From the IMG/VR virus record IMGVR_UViG_3300027759_000044: a stretch of DNA of 64,000 bases; one strand, 5' to 3'. The position numbers and the translations under genes are program-made. The notes beneath the pieces are model-generated. The model worked only from the letters and a program-made list of their open reading frames with translations, searched no databases and was not told the DNA's origin. This document shows positions 9,389 through 18,006 of the stretch, piece after piece. This DNA comes from a virus (taxonomy: Duplodnaviria; Caudoviricetes). Each line of letters begins with the position of its first letter. The stretch's first letter is position 1.

Positions 9389-9850
9389 ATGACAAAAACA
9401 CTAATTGCTAAACCTGTAGTTAAAAATCAATTCTGGATTGTTACAGATGGTAAAGAAAAAGTTGGTAACGTATTAGCTGATGGATCCGGCTTTGAAGTTA
9501 AATTGAATGGCAATAAAAGTCATTATAAAAACACTACGGCTATCAAACGTAAAACAAATATTGAATTTGAATCTGTTCAAAAAGCAGATAAAACTAAACA
9601 TGACCTACCCTTCAAGGTGTATCCTACAACAGGAAAAGTGTTTAATAGCATGTTAGATATCAAACGTAAATTACATTTATTTACAACAGGAACTAAAAGC
9701 AAGTGTTATCATGCCGCAGGCTGGTTTGTAATACAACAGGGAAGTGAAAAAACAACAGTTTTTTGTCCTAAATACATCTTTATTGAGCGGTATCCATATT
9801 ATGGTCCGTATAAAACAGAAGATGAAGCAAAAAGCATGATAAATAACTAA
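9389..9850 (+). CDS. Hypothetical phage protein
   Basis: GAGG RBS; 153 aa. Confidence 0.8.
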   Translation: MTKTLIAKPVVKNQFWIVTDGKEKVGNVLADGSGFEVKLNGNKSHYKNTTAIKRKTNIEFESVQKADKTKHDLPFKVYPTTGKVFNSMLDIKRKLHLFTTGTKSKCYHAAGWFVIQQGSEKTTVFCPKYIFIERYPYYGPYKTEDEAKSMINN

Positions 9851-10050
9851 TGATACATATTAAGCGATTCGTGGATAAAATTACCCTGATAGAAGGCAAA
9901 CAGGGACGAGATGTGGTTATTCCCATAAGTGAGGCCCGCGGATTGCGTGATGAGTTAACTAAATTACTTGTAGATAACTATGAACTTTTACAAAATACAA
10001 ACAAAGTAGAACCAGTATTTCAAGTAGAGATGAACGGTGGTAGATTTTAA
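9850..10050 (+). CDS. Hypothetical protein
   Basis: TAATG coupling on both sides. Confidence 0.75.
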   Translation: MIHIKRFVDKITLIEGKQGRDVVIPISEARGLRDELTKLLVDNYELLQNTNKVEPVFQVEMNGGRF

Positions 10051-10343
10051 TGAGTAGAACACAACCTAAAATATTGCTTGAATTAGTAGACAAAGTAACA
10101 TACAAATGTGATCAAATTGTAGAAGCCGCGGGTATCTGGGCTGTATTTTATGACGGTCAACCTATCAATTTAAAAAGCCAACACTACTTAGATAACGAAG
10201 CTACACCTAAGTATAAAAAAACTAGCTTCAGTAACCCAGGACATGCACGTAATTTATGTCGTAAATTGAATGTACAATTCAAAACAGATAAGTTTACAGT
10301 TGTGTTTATGAACTCCGGTAGAGTTGTCTACCCAGATGAATAA
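10050..10343 (+). CDS. Hypothetical phage protein
   Basis: Coupled ORF, YKKTSFSNPGHA motif. Confidence 0.8.
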   Translation: MSRTQPKILLELVDKVTYKCDQIVEAAGIWAVFYDGQPINLKSQHYLDNEATPKYKKTSFSNPGHARNLCRKLNVQFKTDKFTVVFMNSGRVVYPDE

Positions 10344-10743
10344 GCGTAAGACACTTAAAGAAACTATAACAGAAGTTGTATTGGCTCAACTTCCTGATTC
10401 ATTACTCCAAGAAAAAAACATCTCAGTAGATAAGCTACTATTCAAGTGGTGGATGACTGGGCGCCAAGATGGCTTGCGTTTAACTGATGTGGGTGATCTA
10501 GCATTTAGAACAGCAGAAATAGAATTCTATCAGTATGAACTCAAAATACAGCCCGAAACTCAATATCATGCTTACATACTAGAACTCAATAAAAAAATTA
10601 AGTGCCCATATTATATGGGGGTAAATAAACTTGAAAAAAGAAGTTTTCCCTACATCCGATTTTATGACAGTAAAATTGCTATGATGATTAGTCTGTATGG
10701 AAATGTAAATGAATATTTAGATAGCATAAAGGTAAAAAAATGA
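10336..10743 (+). CDS. Hypothetical protein
   Basis: Coupled ORF. Confidence 0.75.
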   Translation: MNKRKTLKETITEVVLAQLPDSLLQEKNISVDKLLFKWWMTGRQDGLRLTDVGDLAFRTAEIEFYQYELKIQPETQYHAYILELNKKIKCPYYMGVNKLEKRSFPYIRFYDSKIAMMISLYGNVNEYLDSIKVKK

Positions 10744-10904
10744 CAGAAAAGAAAAACCCAAATCCATTTATTAATTTAGCTAACGAAGCTAAAAAGAAAA
10801 ACACACCAATGTTAACAGGTAAAAAGTCTGAACAAAAAGCTCCAAAGCCTAGTAAAGGTTTTGGCGGTTCAAGTGTTGTGCGTAGAACGGGAAGGGGTGG
10901 TTAA
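10740..10904 (+). CDS. Small basic protein (54 aa)
   Basis: Below track cutoff; I translated MTEKKNPNPFINLA...VVRRTGRGG; ATGA overlap. Confidence 0.65.
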   Translation: MTEKKNPNPFINLANEAKKKNTPMLTGKKSEQKAPKPSKGFGGSSVVRRTGRGG

Positions 10905-11383
10905 TACCACTCACCTTCATTACGCATACGTTTAATGAAGTTTAAATAGGTACTACACACTCCGTAGCATCTTAAATGTACTGTACTGAGTAATCCGCGA
11001 TCTTTAAGTTCAGGTAAAACAATAATACTAGTATCATTAACTGGAACAGTTCCTGGTGTCCATAACTTATTACTACTAGTTAGTGCATTGACCATACTAT
11101 TAGGTTGATAGAAGTAGTTTGGATATTGTCTTAATGATTGTGTAGTAAACCAATCATATGTTTCCTGATTACCGCATTTAATCCAAAAACGATTACCCTG
11201 TAGATATTTGTCAGTAACTGGGATAGGTGCTTGTTCTGGCCCTACACAAAGGATGCTATCTATCCTCCAAACATCAACCATACAAGAGAAACCATTATTA
11301 AATGATCTGCCTATTTGGTCGGGAGTATTGGCATCTTCATAGTTTTTTCCATCAAAGATTCCCTGATAAGATATATATAACAT
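10901..11383 (-). CDS. Glycerophosphodiester phosphodiesterase-like protein with degenerate active site
   Basis: ISYQGI..ANTP..MVDVW..LCVGPE aligns by eye to ISHRGN..EN.P..EIDVW..LGHD. Confidence 0.55.
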   Translation of the reverse strand: MLYISYQGIFDGKNYEDANTPDQIGRSFNNGFSCMVDVWRIDSILCVGPEQAPIPVTDKYLQGNRFWIKCGNQETYDWFTTQSLRQYPNYFYQPNSMVNALTSSNKLWTPGTVPVNDTSIIVLPELKDRGLLSTVHLRCYGVCSTYLNFIKRMRNEGEWY

Positions 11384-11472
11384 AATGTATTTATGTCAAC
11401 GAAACAGTTGGCTACCGCGTTATATATATGTAGACTATAAAATCTACTTCATTAACTTAAAGGAAACTTAAA

Positions 11473-11733
11473 ATGAAAACATTAGCAATCGCCCTAATCA
11501 CAACGTTATCAGTAGCTACAGCAATGGCAGCTGAACCAGCAAAAGCTCCAGCAACACCTGCTCCGGCTGCTACAGCACCGGCTGCACCAGCTAAAGCAGA
11601 GGCGCCAAAAGAAGAAATGAAATTGGCTAAGAAAAAGGACGCTCCCAAGGCAGACACTAAAAGTGATGCCAAAACTGCTAGTCCAGCACCAGCAAAAGCT
11701 GACGATAAAAAAGCCGAAACTTCTAAGAAGTAA
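11473..11733 (+). CDS. Secreted Ala/Lys/Pro-rich low-complexity protein
   Basis: Signal peptide MKTLAIALITTLSVATAMA; AAGGA RBS. Confidence 0.8.
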   Translation: MKTLAIALITTLSVATAMAAEPAKAPATPAPAATAPAAPAKAEAPKEEMKLAKKKDAPKADTKSDAKTASPAPAKADDKKAETSKK

Positions 11734-11950
11734 TCCATACCGACTCATAGCAATTAGAACCTGGGGTCTTGATCCTAATAAGGTTCTAGTTGATGATGAG
11801 GACATATTAGTTAATTCCCGTCGTATTATACTAAAGATTGAAACCTCTTTAGATATCAATGAGGACTTAACTGATTATGTTCAGTTGAGATTGTTTCTGG
11901 CCAGAGAAATGGCTATGTCAAAATATAGAGAAATCTATCAACCGGCATAA
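11663..11950 (+). CDS. Hypothetical protein (start uncertain)
   Basis: ORF fills the gap; N-terminal part overlaps the previous gene. Confidence 0.45.
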   Translation: MMPKLLVQHQQKLTIKKPKLLRSNPYRLIAIRTWGLDPNKVLVDDEDILVNSRRIILKIETSLDINEDLTDYVQLRLFLAREMAMSKYREIYQPA

Positions 11951-12016
11951 ATATATATGAAGTTACGGGTTCTTCATAAAAACCTAACTTTTAAACACAC
12001 ACATAGGAGATATAAA

Positions 12017-12289
12017 ATGTTTAACACAGCAACTTACGCCTTTATTGACGGCGTTTCAGACTTTAAAAAGAAATTCGTAGAACAAACAGTTCAACACGAA
12101 GGCATCAAAACAGCAATGAATTCATTCGTTGATGCACAAGCAAAATACACTAAATCAGCCGCAGATGCAGGAATGCAATCTATGATGGCTTTGGGTATGA
12201 TTTTCACAAGCAAAGATTTCTACACAGAAATGGGTGATCAGTTTAAAACAATGGTCCCTGCTTTTAATACAAAGAAAGCTAAAAAGTAA
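12017..12289 (+). CDS. Small helical protein, phasin-like
   Basis: AGGAGA RBS; amphipathic Ala/Lys-rich helices; resemblance only. Confidence 0.4.
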   Translation: MFNTATYAFIDGVSDFKKKFVEQTVQHEGIKTAMNSFVDAQAKYTKSAADAGMQSMMALGMIFTSKDFYTEMGDQFKTMVPAFNTKKAKK

Positions 12290-12290
12290 T

Positions 12291-12458
12291 ATGAAGAAAA
12301 TTCTAGGAATGCTATTAGTGTTCCTAGGTTTCTCTACAGATACCTATGGCACTGAGTTAGAAAAATATATAGTCGGCCGAAATCCACAAGATATAGGCGA
12401 CATTGAGCGATTGACCTATGAGTTCCATCGCAAACAATCAAATTGGAGATTTCTATGA
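12291..12458 (+). CDS. Small hypothetical protein (DUF3563-like, weak)
   Basis: LEKYI..RNPQDIGDIERL pattern. Confidence 0.4.
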   Translation: MKKILGMLLVFLGFSTDTYGTELEKYIVGRNPQDIGDIERLTYEFHRKQSNWRFL

Positions 12459-12660
12459 ACACACTTAAACAACTATTTCAAAGCCTCTTAGAGGCAATCA
12501 GCGATATTAAAAAATATAAAGCAAGTAAAATGCCATGATAGTTACTAATTGGTGGCCGGTTTCAGATGAAGAATGGGAAAGATTGAATTTCCCCGAAAGA
12601 TTTGAACAACCTAAAAAAATGCTATATACTATCTGAACATTTATACAGTAAGGAAACAAA

Positions 12661-12927
12661 ATGTCAGACTACACACCAAAAGTACCAGAAGTTAAATTCA
12701 ATAAAAACGGTTACGAGATTCGTACTGAAATTCTTAGACAAGCACAAGACCTTGTTGGCCAAGAGTTTTCATACAAATGGCAAGGTTGGGAAGTTTCTCA
12801 AGAAAAAGATAAAGATGGTAAACTTGTAACTAAAGTAGGTATGCCAGAATTTCCCGGAGTTGACAAAGTTTTAGAAACTGCGGAAAAGATGTACAGCTTT
12901 GTAAATCAAGCCACTAATAAAAAATAA
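12661..12927 (+). CDS. Hypothetical protein
   Basis: AAGGA RBS. Confidence 0.8.
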   Translation: MSDYTPKVPEVKFNKNGYEIRTEILRQAQDLVGQEFSYKWQGWEVSQEKDKDGKLVTKVGMPEFPGVDKVLETAEKMYSFVNQATNKK

Positions 12928-13826
12928 TGAAACACAATAAATTGACCATTGTGTCCGTATTTGGACACAACGATGGTTCCGCTGCCATACCTTCTATAGT
13001 TAAAAGTATGCAGGAATTACCCGGTAGTAAAGGACTACTTCTGTCTCCGGTAAAACCACAAAATTTACCAACTTCAGTTGAGTGGAAAAAAATTGGTAAT
13101 TTAACTTATAAACAATACTCAGTTTTTATGATGCATTCTTTATATGCGTTTATTGAAACAGATTATTGTTTAGTAGTACAAGAAGATAGTTGGGTATTAA
13201 ACGGTAAAATGTTAACTAAAGAATTCTATCAATATGATTACGTTGGTCCACCGACACATTGTGGATTTCAATTTAATAAAGAAAATACGCTAATAGAAGC
13301 TTTATATTTAAAATATCAATGGATTCATTATTCAAATATAGAAGTAGTACAAAATGGTGGATTTTCATTAAGAAGTAAAAAATTTTTAGAAGCATGTAAT
13401 GTTCATGGTATTACTCATACTTCTCCCGATCCAGTAAAATTAACAAATATTAATAATATTAAAGAGGAACTGTTATGGAGTCATATTTGGAATGAAGATG
13501 TACATCTTACAGGGTTGATTAAACATCAATTAATTAGTCATGGTTATAAATTTGCACCATTGGAGGTAGCAACAAGATTTGCTATTGAATATCTAGATCC
13601 TATATTACATACTGGAATAAACTTTGACGAAATAGTAGGTCATCATGCTAAATCTAGAATTCTACTAGACAATAATCGAGTTATGGTACCAAACAATATC
13701 AGTCAGATGGAAAATTCAACTGAATTAGAAAAAGAATTAATCCATTGGATGTCTACTAAAAAGGGATATACTATTACAGTAGATCCTAATTGGGCTAGCG
13801 AATTTAATACCGTCATCCCCGCCTAA
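12927..13826 (+). CDS. DUF5672 (glycosyltransferase-like) protein, paralog 1
   Basis: LVVQEDSWV, YDYVG, QNGGFSLRSK, NED motifs. Confidence 0.75.
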   Translation: MKHNKLTIVSVFGHNDGSAAIPSIVKSMQELPGSKGLLLSPVKPQNLPTSVEWKKIGNLTYKQYSVFMMHSLYAFIETDYCLVVQEDSWVLNGKMLTKEFYQYDYVGPPTHCGFQFNKENTLIEALYLKYQWIHYSNIEVVQNGGFSLRSKKFLEACNVHGITHTSPDPVKLTNINNIKEELLWSHIWNEDVHLTGLIKHQLISHGYKFAPLEVATRFAIEYLDPILHTGINFDEIVGHHAKSRILLDNNRVMVPNNISQMENSTELEKELIHWMSTKKGYTITVDPNWASEFNTVIPA

Positions 13827-13845
13827 ATCACTAATAAAAATATTA

Positions 13846-14751
13846 ATGTTACATAATCAGTTAACCATTGTATCAGTGTTTGGACACAATGATGGTTCTG
13901 CCGCTATACCTTCCATAGTTAAAAGTATGAAGGAGTTACCCGGTAGTAGAGGACTACTTCTGTCAATTAAAAAACCAGAAGACCTACCAAACGACATTGA
14001 ATGGAAACGTATATTCAATCTAAATTACAAACAATATACACTTTTTATGATGCATTCTCTATATGCGTTTATTGAAACAGATTATTGTTTAGTAGTACAG
14101 GACGACAGTTGGGTGTTAAATGGAAATAAATTTGTTGAAGAATTTTATCAATATGATTATATTGGGCCGCCAACACATTGTGGATTTCAATTTAATAATG
14201 ATGCTTCGTCAATTGAACATCTATTTTTACAATTTCATTGGCTTGATAAACCTAATACATTTGTGGTACAAAATGGTGGATTTTCGTTAAGAAGTAAAAG
14301 ATTCTTAGAAGCATGTAATGTAAATGGCATAACTCATACTATACCCGAACCATTAAAATTAAAAAATGATTCAACAAAAAAAGATAATTTGTGGATTCAT
14401 AATTGGAATGAGGACGTACAGCTTACTGCACTTTTTAGACCAATCTTAACAAGTTGTGGATATAAATTTGCGCCATTGGATGTAGCATCAAAATTTGCTA
14501 TTGAATATCTAGATCCAATTTGGCATAAAGGTATAGAGTTTAATAATATTGTAGGTCATCATGCTAAATCCAGAATCTTATTACCAAATAATTTAATAAG
14601 AGTTCCGAATAATGTAGGTAAAATAGGTAAAATGGAAAAAGATTTTATTAATTGGCTAAAAAATAAAAAGGGATATAATATTATTATGGACAAAGATTGG
14701 GAAAGTAAATTTGGTGGAGGTGACGCCTCAGATAAAAATGTAGTGCGTTAG
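13846..14751 (+). CDS. DUF5672 (glycosyltransferase-like) protein, paralog 2
   Basis: Same motifs; long identical stretches with 12927..13826. Confidence 0.75.
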   Translation: MLHNQLTIVSVFGHNDGSAAIPSIVKSMKELPGSRGLLLSIKKPEDLPNDIEWKRIFNLNYKQYTLFMMHSLYAFIETDYCLVVQDDSWVLNGNKFVEEFYQYDYIGPPTHCGFQFNNDASSIEHLFLQFHWLDKPNTFVVQNGGFSLRSKRFLEACNVNGITHTIPEPLKLKNDSTKKDNLWIHNWNEDVQLTALFRPILTSCGYKFAPLDVASKFAIEYLDPIWHKGIEFNNIVGHHAKSRILLPNNLIRVPNNVGKIGKMEKDFINWLKNKKGYNIIMDKDWESKFGGGDASDKNVVR

Positions 14752-14765
14752 TATTCAAAAATTTA

Positions 14766-14787
14766 CCCCATTAAATGGGGCTTTTTT
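14766..14787 (+). terminator. Rho-independent terminator
   Basis: CCCCA-TTAAA-TGGGG followed by CTTTTTT. Confidence 0.7.
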
Positions 14788-14798
14788 ATACCCAAAAT

Positions 14799-14827
14799 TT
14801 GACAATAAATGGATCTTCTGCTACAAT
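14799..14827 (+). promoter_or_regulatory. Early promoter cassette
   Basis: TTGACAATAAATGG..TACAAT, followed by AGAATCTTAGACAGTTAGATAAAGGA. Confidence 0.9.
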
Positions 14828-14859
14828 AGAATCTTAGACAGTTAGATAAAGGAAACGAA

Positions 14860-15195
14860 ATGACTACATTCATCAAAGGCAATTTCTACGGTACTGAGTA
14901 CGTTGACTACACAAACCCAGTTGATGGTACTACAAAGTTTGTAGCCCGATTCAAATATGTTCGTGGAACTAAAGCTAGTTTCCTTACATTCCTTACAAAG
15001 AACTTTACAGTTGAGGAATACTTTAGCCGTTTAGAAAAGGGTGAGGCTCCGCTTGAAATCGTCGGTTCTAAAGGTTTCATTCAACCCCATATCAAAAAAA
15101 TGCTGAAAGAACAGGGTTATCCAGTTTCCAAGGCAGGGTTTGAGCAATTAGTACAGGATAATGTTGCTAAAACACAACAAAGATTAGCCGCTTAA
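14860..15195 (+). CDS. Early hypothetical protein
   Basis: RBS, follows promoter cassette. Confidence 0.8.
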   Translation: MTTFIKGNFYGTEYVDYTNPVDGTTKFVARFKYVRGTKASFLTFLTKNFTVEEYFSRLEKGEAPLEIVGSKGFIQPHIKKMLKEQGYPVSKAGFEQLVQDNVAKTQQRLAA

Positions 15196-15197
15196 AT

Positions 15198-15226
15198 TTG
15201 ACAATAAATGGATTTGGGCTTATAAT
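15198..15226 (+). promoter_or_regulatory. Early promoter cassette
   Basis: TTGACAATAAATGG..TATAAT, 17-bp spacer. Confidence 0.9.
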
Positions 15227-15259
15227 AGAATCTTAAACAGTTAAACAACGGAGTTAAAC

Positions 15260-15526
15260 ATGAAAGCATTGCAAAAATACATTGACCAGAAGAATCACTG
15301 GAACTCAATCTTTAAAGGTGAGCAATACGAAATTGCTACTCAAGCTGGTCGTCAACGTTTGGCAGATCAAATTGATTCTGCTCTCAGCCCAGAGAATTTG
15401 ACTTGTGATGGAGAACTGCCCCGTGCAGAAGTTAACCGTCGCTACAAAGAATTGATGACTGCCGCTAAACAACTGAAGCAGTTGGATCCATCTGTTAAGT
15501 TTTACGAATACGAAACTGAAGTTTAA
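15260..15526 (+). CDS. Early hypothetical protein
   Basis: GGAG RBS. Confidence 0.8.
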   Translation: MKALQKYIDQKNHWNSIFKGEQYEIATQAGRQRLADQIDSALSPENLTCDGELPRAEVNRRYKELMTAAKQLKQLDPSVKFYEYETEV

Positions 15527-15536
15527 GGAGAAGATT

Positions 15537-16274
15537 ATGCCCGGATTTACTAACGTATCAAATATGACTAGCCGTCAAATTCAACGTATGGGTCACGAGG
15601 ACGATGTTACTCCATATCGTGCTAAAACTAGAACACAAAAAGTTACAATTAACTACAATGCCGATGATGTATGGAGTGCGGCATGTTCGGCTCAACGTAT
15701 TAACGGAAGTTACATTAAGTTGAGTGTAGTATCCGAATCAGATCCAGCTACAACAAAGTTATCCAATCGTATGATTGTTGAACAATTGTTGGCAAACCTA
15801 TCAGGTATCACCGACGAGGATCGTGAACAGGGTAAGAAGGTTCGTGCGTTTTATCAAGCATTGACTTTCAAAATCTTGCAAGGCAAACAACTAAGTGACT
15901 TTGATAACACCGCAATGCTGATTGCTAACAGAGAGGTTATTACTGGTAACTATGATGTTGCTGTAATTGCTAGTTTGCCCTCATGTTATGAGCGTGGTGT
16001 TGTACGTCAAACAGCAGACCAACGTATCAACTTTGCTACAGGTGGTTTTATTGGTAAAGCTAATGACAAGGTGAATGCTTCTATTGAAGTATTGAAATCA
16101 GTATTTTCAATGAAATGGAATACTAACTATGTTACCGGTATTACTACTGATGACCAAGTAGTGTTTTTTGCTTATAAAGAAGCATTGGACATTGGTAAAG
16201 TGTTAAACATTGCAGGTACTGTCAAAGCACATAGAGATAACAGTACACAACTTAATCGTGTAAAGGTATTATGA
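15537..16274 (+). CDS. Hypothetical protein
   Basis: AAGGAG RBS, 245 aa. Confidence 0.8.
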   Translation: MPGFTNVSNMTSRQIQRMGHEDDVTPYRAKTRTQKVTINYNADDVWSAACSAQRINGSYIKLSVVSESDPATTKLSNRMIVEQLLANLSGITDEDREQGKKVRAFYQALTFKILQGKQLSDFDNTAMLIANREVITGNYDVAVIASLPSCYERGVVRQTADQRINFATGGFIGKANDKVNASIEVLKSVFSMKWNTNYVTGITTDDQVVFFAYKEALDIGKVLNIAGTVKAHRDNSTQLNRVKVL

Positions 16275-16498
16275 ACACAGAATTGATTCAGAAATTAAAA
16301 TCGCAATGTATCTTCCGTGAACAACGTGGTACTAATGCTTTTAATAGTTACATGGTAGATCGGTTTGATAGTGAAAAGTTCGCAGAACTGATTGTACGTG
16401 AGTGTGACCGTTATGCCCGTAGTGTGTGGGAACATGGTCCGTTGTTAGGTAGAGATTTATTAATCCATTTTGGAGTTGAGGAGATGAGTGATGAATAA
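16271..16498 (+). CDS. FAELIVxEC-family small protein
   Basis: EKFAELIVREC. Confidence 0.7.
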   Translation: MNTELIQKLKSQCIFREQRGTNAFNSYMVDRFDSEKFAELIVRECDRYARSVWEHGPLLGRDLLIHFGVEEMSDE

Positions 16499-16721
16499 AG
16501 ATATTGAAATTCTATTCAAGCAAGCAGGTGGTTATGTTGAAGTTGATAGTGAAGGTAATCGTTTTACCTATACACAGGACTTTGACCCTGATACTTTTGC
16601 TAGTTTAATTATTCAAAATTGTATTCAAACATTAGTCAATTATGGCTATACAGATGCGGCAACTGTTTTAGAAACAGAGTATGCTGAAGATTGGCAAAAA
16701 ATGGAATTTCCGGAGATTTAA
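16488..16721 (+). CDS. FAELIVxEC-family small protein (divergent)
   Basis: DTFASLIIQNC. Confidence 0.65.
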   Translation: MMNKDIEILFKQAGGYVEVDSEGNRFTYTQDFDPDTFASLIIQNCIQTLVNYGYTDAATVLETEYAEDWQKMEFPEI

Positions 16722-16723
16722 TT

Positions 16724-16852
16724 ATGACAAAATTATTAGTAGGCTTTGTTCTTGGCATCGTTGTTTCAACAGTAGGCTTTAGCGGCATTGCTAAAATGGC
16801 TGACAACGGTGTAGAAAAAGTTAAACAGGTAACTGTTGAACAATCTAAGTGA
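16724..16852 (+). CDS. Small membrane/secreted peptide (42 aa)
   Basis: Translated by me: MTKLLVGFVLGIVVSTVGFSGIAK...; GGAG RBS. Confidence 0.55.
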   Translation: MTKLLVGFVLGIVVSTVGFSGIAKMADNGVEKVKQVTVEQSK

Positions 16853-16881
16853 AATATAAACGTAAAAAGGTGGAGGATATT

Positions 16882-17310
16882 ATGGGACTAGATATGTATG
16901 CTTATGTTGCTAAAAAAAGAGGGCAATACAATGAATTCTACGAAACCGCAGAGTTTGATGGAACAACAAATGATTTTGAAAGTGAAACAGTTACTAAGCC
17001 ACATGAACTTGCGTACTGGCGTAAGCATCCTAACTTGCATGGTTGGATGGAACAACTATGGATTAGTAAAGGGCGTCCAAGACAAAGTGTTGGTTGGCCT
17101 ATATTCAACGGCATTGAACTTGAACTAACATGGGATGACTTGGATAACCTTGAACGTGCTATTCGTCACGGTCAACTTCCGGATACAGAAGGTTTCTTCT
17201 TTGGTAATCCTGCAGACAATCATTACTATGAACAAGACCTTGAATTTGTAAACAACGCTAAGGCAGAAGTGTTCCTGGGATTAAAAGTATTTTACAATAG
17301 CAGTTGGTAA
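16882..17310 (+). CDS. Hypothetical protein (MGLDMY.. family)
   Basis: GGAGG RBS; YWRKHPNLHGWM motif. Confidence 0.8.
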   Translation: MGLDMYAYVAKKRGQYNEFYETAEFDGTTNDFESETVTKPHELAYWRKHPNLHGWMEQLWISKGRPRQSVGWPIFNGIELELTWDDLDNLERAIRHGQLPDTEGFFFGNPADNHYYEQDLEFVNNAKAEVFLGLKVFYNSSW

Positions 17311-17335
17311 CTAAATACCCCGTAAGGGTAACATC

Positions 17336-17518
17336 ATGGACACTATTAAAACAACAATTATAACAATGCTAGTAATCGTAGGAATGATTTGGTTTGTACG
17401 AGAGGGTACCGACGATCCTGATTATGTTGTACTAGAGTATCAGTGTTCCAAACTAGACACATATGAACAAGTGCCTGATCAGGCATATGAAGAATGTAAT
17501 AATCGTAAGGCAAAATAA
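17336..17518 (+). CDS. Small membrane protein
   Basis: N-terminal hydrophobic helix. Confidence 0.65.
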   Translation: MDTIKTTIITMLVIVGMIWFVREGTDDPDYVVLEYQCSKLDTYEQVPDQAYEECNNRKAK

Positions 17519-18003
17519 TGGCTATCTTATATCGCATCAAACCACAAGATAAAAAATCTATTGAGGCATACTATGATGTTTATAGTAAAGATGAACAAGG
17601 TAATATCCGCAGTTGGAGTGTAACCGAAACATATCGTTGGGGTCAAGGATTCGTAGAAGATGAATCTGAGTTACCTTTTAGTGATGATAGAGAACATATT
17701 GTAGATTCTGAAATTGGGTGGGGATGTGAACTTGATGACCTTTGTGCTTGTTGGTTTGAGTTTGATGATAGCTTTACTGATGAAGAAAAAGCCGAAATTG
17801 AACAAGCATGGGAAGATGGTGGAGCAGGATGGCTATATGATAGTGAACATAAATGGGAAGTTGACTATGAAAGTATAACTATTTTGGGTCCATATATAGT
17901 TGACAAAGTTGACGAAGATGTGTATAATGTAAGTATTGAAACAATAGAACTTAAACCCCGTCCACCTTTTGTAGCAACAACAGCGTGGCCATTCTCAGGA
18001 TAA
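17518..18003 (+). CDS. Acidic hypothetical protein
   Basis: D/E-rich 161-aa ORF. Confidence 0.75.
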   Translation: MAILYRIKPQDKKSIEAYYDVYSKDEQGNIRSWSVTETYRWGQGFVEDESELPFSDDREHIVDSEIGWGCELDDLCACWFEFDDSFTDEEKAEIEQAWEDGGAGWLYDSEHKWEVDYESITILGPYIVDKVDEDVYNVSIETIELKPRPPFVATTAWPFSG

Positions 18004-18006
18004 TAT

